From: Candidatus Fraserbacteria bacterium | GTDB taxonomy: Bacteria > Bipolaricaulota > Bipolaricaulia > RBG-16-55-9 > DRXL01 | Direction: 5' to 3' | Length of the DNA stretch: 64,000 bases | NCBI GenBank assembly: GCA_947085185.1 | Contig: CAMTVK010000001.1 | Coordinates: 64,001-128,000 of the forward strand | Part shown: in pieces, positions 48,524 through 58,846 of the stretch | How the letters are laid out: the number at the start of each line of letters is the position of its first letter | Position numbering within the stretch: the stretch's first letter is position 1 | Translations under genes and position numbers: made by a program | The notes under the pieces: model-generated | Database searches by the model: none | Told to the model about the DNA's origin: nothing | The model's input: the letters and a program-made list of their open reading frames with translations, nothing else

Positions 48524-51500
48524 GCGGAAGCGAGATCAAGCGCGGCTCGGTCGCGGTAGTCGGTGGCGGGATCGGGGGCATTCAAACAGCCCTCGATGTA
48601 GCTGACTCCGGGTTTTATGTGTACTTAGTCGAAGACGGCCCGGCCATCGGTGGGCACATGGCGCAGTTGGACAAGACGTTTCCCACAAATGACTGCGCCA
48701 TGTGCATGCTCTCGCCCAAGCTCGTCGAGGTTGGGCGCCACCCCAACGTTCAGATTCTCACGCTCGCTTCGGTAGAAGCTTTAGAGGGTCAGCCCGGAGA
48801 TTTCCAGATCACGATCCGCCAGCGCCCACGCTATGTAGACATCACTCGGTGCATCGCGTGCGGACGGTGTATCGCCTCGTGCGTCTATCAAGAGCCCAAA
48901 TTCCCCAGCGAGTTCGAGATGGGCCTAGGCAAGCGCAAACCCATCTATATCCCCTTCCCCCAAGCTGTGCCCCTGGCGGCCGTCGTTGATCCCCAGACGT
49001 GTATCTTCTTCAAATCGGGGCGGTGCCCACAGAACTGCCTGAAGGCGTGTGAGCGAGCTGCTCTTGATTTCTCCCAGACTGAAAGAATCTTCACTCTGGA
49101 TGTCGGAGCACTCGTTCTTGCGCCAGGGTTTGAGCCCTATGATGCCCGATTGGTGAGTGAGTACGGGTTTGGTCGTTACGCGAATGTGCTGACAGCGCCG
49201 CAGTTTGAGCGATTGCTCAGCGCTTCTGGTCCCACGATGGGCCAGGTCGTCCGGCCTTCCGACGGCCAAGCTCCGAAGAAGATCGCGTTCATTCAGTGTG
49301 TGGGTTCGCGCGACCTGCGCCATCAGAGTTACTGTTCAGCCGTCTGCTGCATGTATGCGACCAAAGAAGCGATCGTCGCCAAAGAGCACGATCATCAGAT
49401 CGAGCCCACGATCTTCTATATTGATTTGAGAGCTTACGGCAAGGGCTTTGAGAGCTTAGTGAGACGCGCCAGAGACGAGCACAGGGTGCGCTACGTTCGT
49501 TCCATGATCTCTCAGGTCACGGAGATTCCCGAGACGAAGAATCTGCTTGTGCGGTATCGAGACGAGTCGGGGGCTTTTTGGGAAGAAGAGTTTGACTTAG
49601 TCGTGCTCTCAGTTGGGATGCGTCCGAGCGCCAAGGGGCAGGAGCTCGCGCGCAAGCTAGGCCTCGAACTGAATGAGCACGGCTTCGCCCAGACGAGCGC
49701 CTTCGATCCCGTCAGGAGCACGCGAGATGGGGTCTTCGTGACTGGGGCTTTCACTGGGCCCAAAGATATCCCTGAGACGGTCATCCAAGCCAGTGCCGCC
49801 GCTGCCGCCGTCACAGCACTCTTGGCCCCAGCACGGGGCACCTGCACCCACCCCAAACGCTATCCGGCAGAGTCCATTCCCGATGGCGCTCCCAGAATAG
49901 GAGTCTTCGTCTGTCACTGTGGGAGCAACATTGCCGGAGTCATAGACGTCAAAGCTGTCGCCGAATACGCCAAGACGCTCCCCGGCGTCGTGCACGCCGA
50001 GAACGTGCTCTATGCGTGCAGCCAAGATAATCTCAAGCACATCAAAGAAGTCATGTGCGAAAAGAGACTCAATCGGGTTGTCGTGGCTTCGTGCACTCCG
50101 AGGAACTTAGCGGCGCTCTTTCAGGACACGATCCGCGAAGCGGGGCTGAATAAGTTTCTGTTTGAGATGGTCAACATTCGGGAGCAGTGCTCGTGGGTGC
50201 ACTCGGACCAGCCGGAGCAAGCTACAGAAAAAGCGAAGAGCTTGGTTCGCATGGGGGTCGCGAAGGCCCGGCAGCTCAAGGCCCTCTCTGTGCAGTCGGT
50301 AAAGATCGCTCCGGTGGCGCTGGTGGTTGGGGGCGGGCTGTCGGGGATGGTCGCCGCGCTGACGCTCGCTGACAGCGGCTTTGATGTCTATCTTGTCGAG
50401 CGGGGTGCTGAGCTTGGCTCTGATCTTGCCGGGCGCTTCTCTACTCTGGAGGGTGGGGACGTGCAGAGTCTGCGAGCCGAGCTGTGCGACGCCGTGCGCT
50501 GGCACCCCAAGATTCATATCTATACGAACACGACTGTCACAGGGATCTCCGGGTTTGTGGGGAACTTCTCGGCGGTGCTTGAGGGTCCCAACGGGCAGGA
50601 GCGCATCGAGCACGGCGTCGTCGTCATAGCGAGCGAAGCTCTCGAGTATAAGCCCAGGGAGTATCTCTACGGACAAGACAGAGATGTGCTGACGCAGCGC
50701 GAGCTCGAGGCTCACAGGGAGACCGTCACGGCGAAGACGATCGTGATGATCCAGTGTGTGGGGCGGAATGCAGAGCGCCCGTACTGTTCCCGGGTCTGTT
50801 GTGGAGAGGCCCTCAAGAACGCGCTGGCCCTCTTGGAGCAAGACCCCAACAGACGGATCTATGTGCTCTATCGTGAGATGATCTCTTCTGGGCTGATGGA
50901 GGATTGGTATCGTCGGGCGCGCGAGAGGGGGGTCATCTTCATTCGGTATGACGAGCAGTCTCCGCCCAGCGTCCGCAGGGAGAACGATCGGCTCTGGGTG
51001 AGCGTACACGATACGCGTCTGCGCCAAGAGATTCTCATTCAGGCTGATCTGGTCGTGTTGAGCACGGGTGTCGTGCCCGATCCGTATAACGAAGAGCTGA
51101 GTCGTCTGTTGAAGGTCCCGCTCGACGCTCATGGGTTCTTTGTCGAGGCGCATATCAAATTGCGCCCGGTGGATTTCGCGTCGTCGGGGCTCTTTCTGTG
51201 TGGTGGGTCGCATGCGCCGGGGGCGATCTCCGAGCTCATTGCTAAAGCGCAGGCGGCTGCAGGGCGGGCCGCGATCGTCCTCGCCAAAAAGGAGTTTGAA
51301 GCTGGGGGGATCGTCGCCACGGTAGACCCAGAGAAGTGCACCGCATGTCTGACATGTCTGAGGGAGTGTCCCTTCGGTGCGGTCTTCATAAACGCTCAAG
51401 GTCTGGCAGAGATCGAAGCCGTAAAATGTCAAGGATGTGGGATCTGTGCCGCGGACTGTCCCGCAAAAGCCATTCAGCTTGGGCACTTTGAAGATGCTCA

Positions 51501-51552
51501 AGAAGTAGCCATGATCGAAGAGCTCTTTCGTGAGAGGGTGAGCGCCCTATGA
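48520..51552 (+). CDS. hdrA: Heterodisulfide reductase-like subunit A (large, two FAD modules)
   Basis: GGHMAQLDKTFPTNDCAMC, QCVGSR...YCSAVCCMY, GPKDIPE, GVFVCHCG, NIREQC.WVH, C-terminal ferredoxin. Confidence 0.93.
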   Translation: MSGSEIKRGSVAVVGGGIGGIQTALDVADSGFYVYLVEDGPAIGGHMAQLDKTFPTNDCAMCMLSPKLVEVGRHPNVQILTLASVEALEGQPGDFQITIRQRPRYVDITRCIACGRCIASCVYQEPKFPSEFEMGLGKRKPIYIPFPQAVPLAAVVDPQTCIFFKSGRCPQNCLKACERAALDFSQTERIFTLDVGALVLAPGFEPYDARLVSEYGFGRYANVLTAPQFERLLSASGPTMGQVVRPSDGQAPKKIAFIQCVGSRDLRHQSYCSAVCCMYATKEAIVAKEHDHQIEPTIFYIDLRAYGKGFESLVRRARDEHRVRYVRSMISQVTEIPETKNLLVRYRDESGAFWEEEFDLVVLSVGMRPSAKGQELARKLGLELNEHGFAQTSAFDPVRSTRDGVFVTGAFTGPKDIPETVIQASAAAAAVTALLAPARGTCTHPKRYPAESIPDGAPRIGVFVCHCGSNIAGVIDVKAVAEYAKTLPGVVHAENVLYACSQDNLKHIKEVMCEKRLNRVVVASCTPRNLAALFQDTIREAGLNKFLFEMVNIREQCSWVHSDQPEQATEKAKSLVRMGVAKARQLKALSVQSVKIAPVALVVGGGLSGMVAALTLADSGFDVYLVERGAELGSDLAGRFSTLEGGDVQSLRAELCDAVRWHPKIHIYTNTTVTGISGFVGNFSAVLEGPNGQERIEHGVVVIASEALEYKPREYLYGQDRDVLTQRELEAHRETVTAKTIVMIQCVGRNAERPYCSRVCCGEALKNALALLEQDPNRRIYVLYREMISSGLMEDWYRRARERGVIFIRYDEQSPPSVRRENDRLWVSVHDTRLRQEILIQADLVVLSTGVVPDPYNEELSRLLKVPLDAHGFFVEAHIKLRPVDFASSGLFLCGGSHAPGAISELIAKAQAAAGRAAIVLAKKEFEAGGIVATVDPEKCTACLTCLRECPFGAVFINAQGLAEIEAVKCQGCGICAADCPAKAIQLGHFEDAQEVAMIEELFRERVSAL

Positions 51553-51950
51553 GGGAGCGCGAGCCGAAGATCGTTGCGTTCTGCTGTCACTACTGTGCGT
51601 TTGCGGCAGCGGACTTGGCCGGGGTCTTGCGCTTCAGATACCCGCCCAATGTGCATATTATTCGTTTGCCGTGCACAGGGAAGCTCGATGCGCTCTATCT
51701 CCTTAAAGCATTTGAGGCCGGAGCCGATGGCGTGATCGTCGCAGGATGTCTTGAGGGGAGCTGTCACTTTATCTCCGGGAACATTCGAGCGAAGAGGCGG
51801 GTTTTGGCTGTGAAGAGTTTGCTCTCCAAGATAGGGATCGAGCCGGAGCGCTTAGAGTTCTTCAATCTCAGTTCGGCTCAAGGGGAGAGATTTGCCCAGA
51901 TCGCCCGGGAGATGACCGAGCGGGTGCGGGCGTTGGGGGGAAAGATATGA
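51549..51950 (+). CDS. mvhD: MvhD/FlpD [2Fe-2S] subunit
   Basis: FCCHYCAFAAAD, PCTGK, GCLEGSCHF..GN. Confidence 0.94.
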   Translation: MREREPKIVAFCCHYCAFAAADLAGVLRFRYPPNVHIIRLPCTGKLDALYLLKAFEAGADGVIVAGCLEGSCHFISGNIRAKRRVLAVKSLLSKIGIEPERLEFFNLSSAQGERFAQIAREMTERVRALGGKI

Positions 51951-52627
51951 TCGTTGCTGATCAGAAGCCCATCGAAGAGATCTTGCAGATGCTGGAGCCC
52001 TACAGAAAAGTGCTCTTTCTGGGGTGTCAGTCGTGTGTAGCAGTATGCATGGCCGGGGGTGAGAAAGAAGTGGGGCTCTTAGCTTCTGCGGTGCGCCTGG
52101 CGCGCACGCGGCAGGGCCGCCCCATTGAGATTGCTGAAGGAGCTGTGAAGCGCCAGTGCGACGACGAGTTCAACGAGCCCTGGGCCAAGACTCTTGAGCA
52201 CCAAGAAGCGGTGCTCTCGCTCGCGTGCGGGGTCGGGGTGAATAAGCTCTCCGAGAGATTTGATCTGCCCATCTTGCCGGCGTTAAACACAAAATTCTTT
52301 GGGGAGGTCGAGCGCCAAGGGATCTGGAGCGAAGTCTGTGCCGGCTGCGGAAACTGTATCTTGCACGTGACTGGGGGAATTTGTCCCATCGCTCGCTGCG
52401 CGAAGAATTTATTGAACGGTCCTTGCGGAGGTGTGCGTGCCGACGGGACTTGTGAAGTCTCCCGGAACGGCCCGCGCCCCTGCGCGTGGGTGATGATCTA
52501 TGAGCGCCTAGGAAGGCTCAATCAACGAAAGAATATGGAACAGCTCTTTGCTGCCAAAGATTGGTCCACGGACCGTCATGGTGGCCCACGACGGCGCATC
52601 CGGGAAGATATGCTGTTGGAGGGATAA
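51947..52627 (+). CDS. metV: Methylene-THF reductase subunit MetV
   Basis: GCQSCVAVC, CAGCGNC...CP.ARCAKNLLNGPCGG, PCAW. Confidence 0.92.
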   Translation: MIVADQKPIEEILQMLEPYRKVLFLGCQSCVAVCMAGGEKEVGLLASAVRLARTRQGRPIEIAEGAVKRQCDDEFNEPWAKTLEHQEAVLSLACGVGVNKLSERFDLPILPALNTKFFGEVERQGIWSEVCAGCGNCILHVTGGICPIARCAKNLLNGPCGGVRADGTCEVSRNGPRPCAWVMIYERLGRLNQRKNMEQLFAAKDWSTDRHGGPRRRIREDMLLEG

Positions 52628-52630
52628 GCT

Positions 52631-53584
52631 GTGAGTGCGGCGGTCTTGGGAGAAAGCAATCTGAAGCGTGCTTTGGGGTCGAAGAGATTTGTTGTGACCG
52701 CCGAGTGCGGTCCCCCCAAGAGCGCCGACAGAAGGGTCATCGAGGAGAAAGCGAAACTCTTGAGAGACTGGGTGGACGCGGTCAACGTCACCGACAATCA
52801 GACGGCGGTGACGCGCATGAGCAGCCTGGCCGCGTGTGCGATCTTAAAGTCTTTGGGGCTTGATCCAGTCTTTCAGGTCACGTGTCGAGACCGGAATAGA
52901 ATCGCCCTGCAGAGTGACGTCTTAGGAGCGTATGCTCTGGGGATTCGCAATGTGCTCTGTCTGACCGGGGACCATCAATCGTTTGGGAATCACCCTCAGG
53001 CGAAGGGCGTCTTCGATCTCGATTCGGTACACTTAATAGAGACGGTGAGGAAGATGCGCGACGAAGGGAAGTTTCTCTCGGGTGATGACCTTGTGGGTGA
53101 GCGCCCGATGATGTTCATCGGGGCTGTGGAGAATCCGTGTGCGCCGCCGTATGAGTTTCGTGCGCTGCGCGTGAAGAAGAAGGTCGAGGCTGGGGCAGAG
53201 TTCATCCAGACTCAGATTGTCTATAATATCCCAAGATTTCGGGAGTTCATGGCCCGCGTGGGCGATCTTGGGCTCTTGGATAGGGTCTATATCTTAGCTG
53301 GGGTGAGCCCGATCAAGACGCCCGGGGCGGCCAAATATATGCGAGACAACGTTCCGGGTTTAGACGTTCCCAACGAGATCGTCGCTCGCATGGAGGCCGC
53401 AGGCCAGGGGATTGAAGACAAGAAAGCCAGAGCTGAAGCGTGGCGCCAAGAAGGGATCAAGATCTGCGTTGAGATCATACAGCAACTCAAAGAGATCCAG
53501 GGAGTTTCAGGTGTGCACATTATGGCTATCGAGTGGGAAGAGGCCGTGCCGGAGATCGTGCAAAAATCGGGATTAAAGAGCTAA
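52631..53584 (+). CDS. metF: Methylene-THF reductase MetF
   Basis: NVTDNQ, TCRDRNR, LTGDH, KKVEAGAEFIQTQ, GVHIM. Confidence 0.95.
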   Translation: MSAAVLGESNLKRALGSKRFVVTAECGPPKSADRRVIEEKAKLLRDWVDAVNVTDNQTAVTRMSSLAACAILKSLGLDPVFQVTCRDRNRIALQSDVLGAYALGIRNVLCLTGDHQSFGNHPQAKGVFDLDSVHLIETVRKMRDEGKFLSGDDLVGERPMMFIGAVENPCAPPYEFRALRVKKKVEAGAEFIQTQIVYNIPRFREFMARVGDLGLLDRVYILAGVSPIKTPGAAKYMRDNVPGLDVPNEIVARMEAAGQGIEDKKARAEAWRQEGIKICVEIIQQLKEIQGVSGVHIMAIEWEEAVPEIVQKSGLKS

Positions 53585-53596
53585 TCAAAGGAGGCG

Positions 53597-55363
53597 ATGC
53601 CTATGGCATACGATCCGACCAAGCTCAAGGACTGGCAGATCGCTGAGCTTGCCGAAGAGAAGATGCCCACTCCTGACGAGTGGCGCGATCGCTTAGGGCT
53701 CAAAAAAGACGAAGTCATTCCCTACGGACGGGTCTGCAAGCTCGATTTCGCTAAGATCATCGAGCGTCTGAAGGGCAAGCCCGACGGCAAATACATCGAA
53801 GTGACGGCGATCACCCCGACCCCGTTGGGAGAGGGCAAGACCACGACGACTTTGGGGATTATCGAAGGGCTGGGCAAGCGCGGCCAGAGCGCTGGGGGGT
53901 GCATCCGTCAGCCCTCCGGCGGACCGTCTATGAATATCAAAGGAACAGCTGCTGGTGGCGGCAACGCCCTGCTCATCCCCATGACGGAGTTCTCTCTTGG
54001 GCTCACGGGGGATATTAACGATATCGCCAATGCTCATAACTTGGCGATGGTGGCGCTCACGGCGCGCCTCCAGCACGAGCGCAACTACGACGATGAACAG
54101 CTCAAAAAGATCGGGTTGAGAAGATTAGATATCGACCCCACCAACGTCCAGATGGGCTGGGTGATAGACTTCTGCGCCCAAGCGCTCCGACACATTGTCA
54201 TTGGGCTTGGGGGGCGCATGGACGGCTATATGATGGAATCGCGCTTTGACATTGCTGTGAGCTCCGAGCTCATGGCGATCTTAGCCATTGCAAAAGACTT
54301 AGCGGATCTGCGTGAGCGCATCGGGCAGATAACAGTGGCCTTCGATAAGAAGGGCAATCCGGTCACGACCAAAGACTTAGAAGTCGACGGGGCGATGGCC
54401 GCGTGGATGCGCAATACGATCAATCCCACGCTCTGCTGCACGATAGAGTATCAGCCCGTGCTGGTGCACGCGGGGCCGTTTGCCAATATTGCCGTGGGGC
54501 AGTCGTCTATTATTGGGGATCGTCTTGGGCTGAAGCTCTTTGACTATCACGTGACGGAGTCGGGCTTCGGCGCCGATATCGGCTTTGAAAAGTTTTGGAA
54601 CGTCAAGTGTCGTCTCAGCGGGCTGAAGCCTCATGTCTCAGTTTTGGTCGCGACTATCAGGGCCCTGAAGATGCACGGCGGCGGGCCAAGAGTTGTGCCT
54701 GGCCGGCCCATCCCCCAAGAGTATACTCAAGAGAACGTCAAGCTCATCGAGCAGGGCCTGCCCAATCTCTTGCACCATCTCAAGATCATTCAGACGTCTG
54801 GGATCGTGCCGGTAGTCTGTATCAATGTCTTTCCCACGGATACCAAGGATGAGATCAGAGCTGTCAAGAGAGCTGTCGAAGCTGATGGGGCGCGCTGCGC
54901 CGTCTCGGAGCACTGGCTCAAGGGCGGCGACGGCGCGCTCGAATTAGTAGATGCGATCATCGACGCGGCCCAAGAAGAATCCCGCTTTGAGTTTCTCTAC
55001 CCGCTAGAGATGAAGCTGCGCGAGCGCGTCGAGAAGATCGCACGGGTCGTCTACGGGGCCGATGGGGTGAGCTGGACTCCCGAGGCTCAAGCCAAGCTCA
55101 AGAAGATCGAATCCGACCCCAACTACTCCGACTATCAGACGATGATGGTGAAGACGCACTTATCGCTCTCTCACAATCCCGATTTGAAGGGGGTTCCCAA
55201 GGAATGGGTCCTGCCGGTGCGCGATGTTCTTATCTATTCTGGGGCGAAGTTCTTGTGCCCCATGACTGGGACGATCTCGCTGATGCCCGGGACTTCGTCA
55301 GATCCGGCGTTCCGCAGAATCGATATAGACGTCAAGACGGGCAAGGTGACGGGGCTCTTCTAA
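53597..55363 (+). CDS. fhs: Formate-tetrahydrofolate ligase
   Basis: [50 protein letters not shown]. Confidence 0.96.
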   Translation: MPMAYDPTKLKDWQIAELAEEKMPTPDEWRDRLGLKKDEVIPYGRVCKLDFAKIIERLKGKPDGKYIEVTAITPTPLGEGKTTTTLGIIEGLGKRGQSAGGCIRQPSGGPSMNIKGTAAGGGNALLIPMTEFSLGLTGDINDIANAHNLAMVALTARLQHERNYDDEQLKKIGLRRLDIDPTNVQMGWVIDFCAQALRHIVIGLGGRMDGYMMESRFDIAVSSELMAILAIAKDLADLRERIGQITVAFDKKGNPVTTKDLEVDGAMAAWMRNTINPTLCCTIEYQPVLVHAGPFANIAVGQSSIIGDRLGLKLFDYHVTESGFGADIGFEKFWNVKCRLSGLKPHVSVLVATIRALKMHGGGPRVVPGRPIPQEYTQENVKLIEQGLPNLLHHLKIIQTSGIVPVVCINVFPTDTKDEIRAVKRAVEADGARCAVSEHWLKGGDGALELVDAIIDAAQEESRFEFLYPLEMKLRERVEKIARVVYGADGVSWTPEAQAKLKKIESDPNYSDYQTMMVKTHLSLSHNPDLKGVPKEWVLPVRDVLIYSGAKFLCPMTGTISLMPGTSSDPAFRRIDIDVKTGKVTGLF

Positions 55364-55384
55364 TAAAGTGACGTGTGCTTTGGC

Positions 55385-55449
55385 ATGAGCGAAATCATGC
55401 CCAGCCATGCGCTGCATCATGGCGCTCCTCCTCCAATCTCCCCTACAAT
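55385..55449 (+). promoter_or_regulatory. Tandem-box promoter of acs
   Basis: ATGAGCGAAATCAT (55385), ATGCGCTGCATCAT (55407), 23 nt, TACAAT (55444). Confidence 0.7.
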
Positions 55450-55478
55450 GAAGCGCGACAGAAACGGAGTGATCGATT

Positions 55479-57452
55479 ATGGCGAATGCTCAGACGATTG
55501 CTGCACTGCTGGAGGAGGAGCGCACGTTTCCACCCTCGGAAGCGTTCGTGAGGCAGGCTCATATCAGCGATCCCAAGATCTACGAGAAGGCCGCTAAAGA
55601 CCCTGAGGCCTTCTGGGCGCAGGCTGCTGAAGAGCTCGATTGGTTCAAGAGATGGGACAAAGTCTTAGAATGGGATCCCCCCTGGGCCAAATGGTTCATC
55701 GGTGGCAAGCTCAACGCTTCGTATAACTGTATTGATCGCCACCTGAAGACCTGGCGCCGCAATAAAGCGGCGATCATCTTCGAGGGGGAGCCAGGCGACG
55801 AGCGCGTCCTGACGTATCAGGATCTCTACCGTGAGGTCTGCAAGTTTGCCAACGTTCTGAAAAAACTGGGGATCAAGAAGGGGGATCGCGTCGCGATCTA
55901 TCTCCCGATGATCCCAGAGCTCCCTATCGCGATGTTGGCCTGTGCCCGTATCGGCGCGGTGCACAGCGTCGTCTTCGGCGGTTTTTCTGCAGAAGCCCTG
56001 CGAGATCGGATCAACGACGCGCAAGCGAAGCTGCTCATCACCGCTGATGGGGGCTGGAGAAGAGGCCATATCGTGCCCCTCAAACAGAATGCCGACGAAG
56101 CCCTGAAGAACACCCCATCTATAGAGAACGTGATCGTCGTGCGACGCATTCTCGGCAGCGATGTGTTGAAGACGCCCCTGACCGGCGGGTACTATCGCCG
56201 CGAATTCTGGTGGCATGAGCTGATGCGCGATGCGCCCGTGGACTGCCCACCCGAACAGATGGACAGTGAAGATATGCTCTTCATTCTCTACACGTCGGGG
56301 ACGACCGGCAAGCCCAAGGGCGTCGTCCACACCACCGGAGGATATTTGGTGGGAGTCGCTCTCACCTATAAATGGATCTTCGACATCAAAGATGAAGATG
56401 TCTATTGGTGCACAGCTGACATTGGCTGGGTGACTGGGCACAGCTATATCGTCTACGGCCCGCTGGCCAACGGGGCCACAACGGTGATGTTTGAAGGCGT
56501 GCCCGATTACCCCGACAAGGATCGGTTCTGGGCCATCGTCGAGAAATATAGAGTCACTATTCTGTACACAGCGCCCACGGCAATCCGGACGTTTATGAGA
56601 TGGGGTGAGGAGTACCCCAAGAGACACGATCTGTCGTCGCTGAGGCTCTTGGGATCTGTGGGCGAGCCGATCAATCCTGAAGCGTGGATATGGTACTATA
56701 AAGTCATTGGGGGCGAGCGCTGTCCCATTGTGGACACGTGGTGGCAGACCGAGACCGGACATATTCTCATCACGCCGCTGCCGGGGATCTCGACGCTCAA
56801 GCCCGGCTCAGCCAATAGACCATTCCCGGGGATCGAAGCTGCGGTGCTCGACGAAGCCGGCACCCCTATTCCTCCAGGCCAAGGCGCGGGATACTTAGTG
56901 ATCACCAAGCCCTGGCCGGGGATGCTCCGCACCCTCTATGGCGACCCCGAGCGCTATAAGCAAGCTTATTGGAGCAAGTTCCCCGGAGTCTATCTCACCG
57001 GCGACGGCTGCAAGATCGATAAAGACGGGGATTTCTGGCTTCTGGGGCGCATCGACGACGTGCTCAACGTCTCAGGGCACAGGATCAGCACCATGGAGGT
57101 CGAAAGCGCGTTGGTCGACCATCAAGCCGTCGCTGAGGCTGCAGCTATCGGCAAGAGCCACGAGCTGAAGGGCCAAGCCGTCTCGGCGTTCGTGACGCTG
57201 CGTGCGGGGTACAAACCATCTTCTGAGCTGGCCGATGAGCTCAAGCAGCACGTGGCCAAGAAGATTGGGCCGATTGCCCGACCCGACGATATCTTCTTCA
57301 CGGCGGAACTGCCCAAGACGAGGAGCGGCAAGATCATGCGCCGGCTGTTGCGCGATATTGCCGAAGGGCGCGCCCTAGGCGACACGACCACGCTGGCCGA
57401 TCCTACGGTGATCGCGCAGCTGAAGAGCCAGTACGAGTCCAGCGAGGGGTAA
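55479..57452 (+). CDS. acs: AMP-forming acetyl-CoA synthetase
   Basis: [32 protein letters not shown]. Confidence 0.96.
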   Translation: MANAQTIAALLEEERTFPPSEAFVRQAHISDPKIYEKAAKDPEAFWAQAAEELDWFKRWDKVLEWDPPWAKWFIGGKLNASYNCIDRHLKTWRRNKAAIIFEGEPGDERVLTYQDLYREVCKFANVLKKLGIKKGDRVAIYLPMIPELPIAMLACARIGAVHSVVFGGFSAEALRDRINDAQAKLLITADGGWRRGHIVPLKQNADEALKNTPSIENVIVVRRILGSDVLKTPLTGGYYRREFWWHELMRDAPVDCPPEQMDSEDMLFILYTSGTTGKPKGVVHTTGGYLVGVALTYKWIFDIKDEDVYWCTADIGWVTGHSYIVYGPLANGATTVMFEGVPDYPDKDRFWAIVEKYRVTILYTAPTAIRTFMRWGEEYPKRHDLSSLRLLGSVGEPINPEAWIWYYKVIGGERCPIVDTWWQTETGHILITPLPGISTLKPGSANRPFPGIEAAVLDEAGTPIPPGQGAGYLVITKPWPGMLRTLYGDPERYKQAYWSKFPGVYLTGDGCKIDKDGDFWLLGRIDDVLNVSGHRISTMEVESALVDHQAVAEAAAIGKSHELKGQAVSAFVTLRAGYKPSSELADELKQHVAKKIGPIARPDDIFFTAELPKTRSGKIMRRLLRDIAEGRALGDTTTLADPTVIAQLKSQYESSEG

Positions 57453-57477
57453 GCTCCATGGCCTCCTCCTTCCCCCG

Positions 57478-57509
57478 CCCCTCCCCCGTCCGACGAGGGA
57501 GGGGTGGGG
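57478..57509. repeat. GC-rich hairpin / REP-like element after acs
   Basis: CCCCTCCC-C-CGT-CCG-ACG-A-GGGAGGGG followed by TGGGG; similar in style to the palindrome at 5108-5148. Confidence 0.55.
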
Positions 57510-57544
57510 TTAACAAAACTTTCAAACTTTAAAGAGAGAATGTT

Positions 57545-58789
57545 ATGAAAAACCCCATGAATGCAACAGTTGCTGGTACACAAGAAGAGCATCTACCCAA
57601 TCGGTGGCTCTTCGTCATTGCCGCGGTCTTGATGCAGTTAGGATTGGGCAACGTCTACTCCTGGAGTATCTTCCGTACCCCGTTGATGAACTTGCACGGC
57701 TGGTCTATCCAAGAGGCGACGCTGCCCTTCACGATCTGTGTGGTCTTCTTCGCCGTGGGGATGATCGTAGCCGGGCGGTGGCAAGATCGCGTCGGGCCAA
57801 GAATTGTCGCGATGACCGGCGGGGTGCTTCTGGGTGCGGGCTTTCTGTTAGCCGGCCAGTTTGGTCAGACGCTGCTGGGGCTCTGCTTAACGTACGGTCT
57901 CCTCGTCGGGATGGGTGTCGGCTTTGCGTATGTCACGCCCATTGCGACGTGCGTGAAATGGTTCCCCGACATGCGGGGGTTTATCACGGGTTTAGCAGTG
58001 TTGGGGTTTGGTGCGGGCTCGCTGATCGTGGCGCCGCTGGGCACGTGGCTCATCTCCCAAATCGGCGCTTATGGGACATTTGTGGTCTTCGGTGCGGCGT
58101 TTGGACTGTTGGTTGTGGTCACTGGCGCGATTTTGCGCAATCCCCCTGTGGGGTGGAAGCCCGTGGGCTGGACGCCCCCAACAACAGGGGTTGGCTCCCA
58201 AGCGCAGCGGGACTATCCCCCATCCGAGATGGCCAAGACATTTCAGTTCTATCTGATATGGGTCGTCTTTCTCTTCTGGGCGGGAGTTGGTCTCATGGTG
58301 ATCTCCCAAGCGGTGCCGATGGGCCAAGAGCTCGCCGGGCTGAGCGCGACGGTTGCTGCGGGGTCTTTGGGGGTGATGTCCATTCTCAACGGTCTTGGGC
58401 GACCGGCGTTCGGGTTTATCTCTGACAAGCTTGGGCGCAAAGGCGCGACGATCTTAGCCCAAGCCGTCTTTATCGTGACGCTGCTCTTCATCCTGCCCAA
58501 CGCCCGCGATTTCACGCTCTATACGTTAGGGATCAGTCTCATTGGCTTTGCCTATGGGGGGAGCCTCTCGGTCATGCCGGCGTTCACCGCAGATTATTAT
58601 GGGACGAAGCACTTGGGGGTCAATTATGGGTGGGTCTTCTCGGCGTGGGGAGCAGCGGGAGTCTTGGGGCCGATTCTAGGAGCCCAAGTCCGCGCGGCGA
58701 CAGGAGCCTGGGGTGGAGCGTTTCTCGTGCTCGCGGGCTTGAGCACTGCTGCAGCTGTTCTAATATTGACCACCAGGCCACCTAAGTAA
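57545..58789 (+). CDS. MFS transporter, oxalate/formate antiporter (OFA) family
   Basis: YSWSIF, GRWQDRVGPR, KWFPD.RG...G, NGLGRP.FG.ISDKLGR, YGTKHLGVNYG. Confidence 0.88.
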   Translation: MKNPMNATVAGTQEEHLPNRWLFVIAAVLMQLGLGNVYSWSIFRTPLMNLHGWSIQEATLPFTICVVFFAVGMIVAGRWQDRVGPRIVAMTGGVLLGAGFLLAGQFGQTLLGLCLTYGLLVGMGVGFAYVTPIATCVKWFPDMRGFITGLAVLGFGAGSLIVAPLGTWLISQIGAYGTFVVFGAAFGLLVVVTGAILRNPPVGWKPVGWTPPTTGVGSQAQRDYPPSEMAKTFQFYLIWVVFLFWAGVGLMVISQAVPMGQELAGLSATVAAGSLGVMSILNGLGRPAFGFISDKLGRKGATILAQAVFIVTLLFILPNARDFTLYTLGISLIGFAYGGSLSVMPAFTADYYGTKHLGVNYGWVFSAWGAAGVLGPILGAQVRAATGAWGGAFLVLAGLSTAAAVLILTTRPPK

Positions 58790-58846
58790 ATTTGCACAGA
58801 CGCCCTCCCCTCGGGAAAATAAGATCGACAAAGGAAAGGAGACCCT

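Noticed and set aside
50107..51501. 464-aa minus-strand ORF (and similar at 55665-56762, 40062-40877, 60143-60988)
   Set aside because: Antisense to well-supported genes; no recognisable domains.
41705..51950. Selenocysteine recoding in FdhA, HdrA, MvhD
   Set aside because: ORFs are uninterrupted with Cys at the usual Sec positions.
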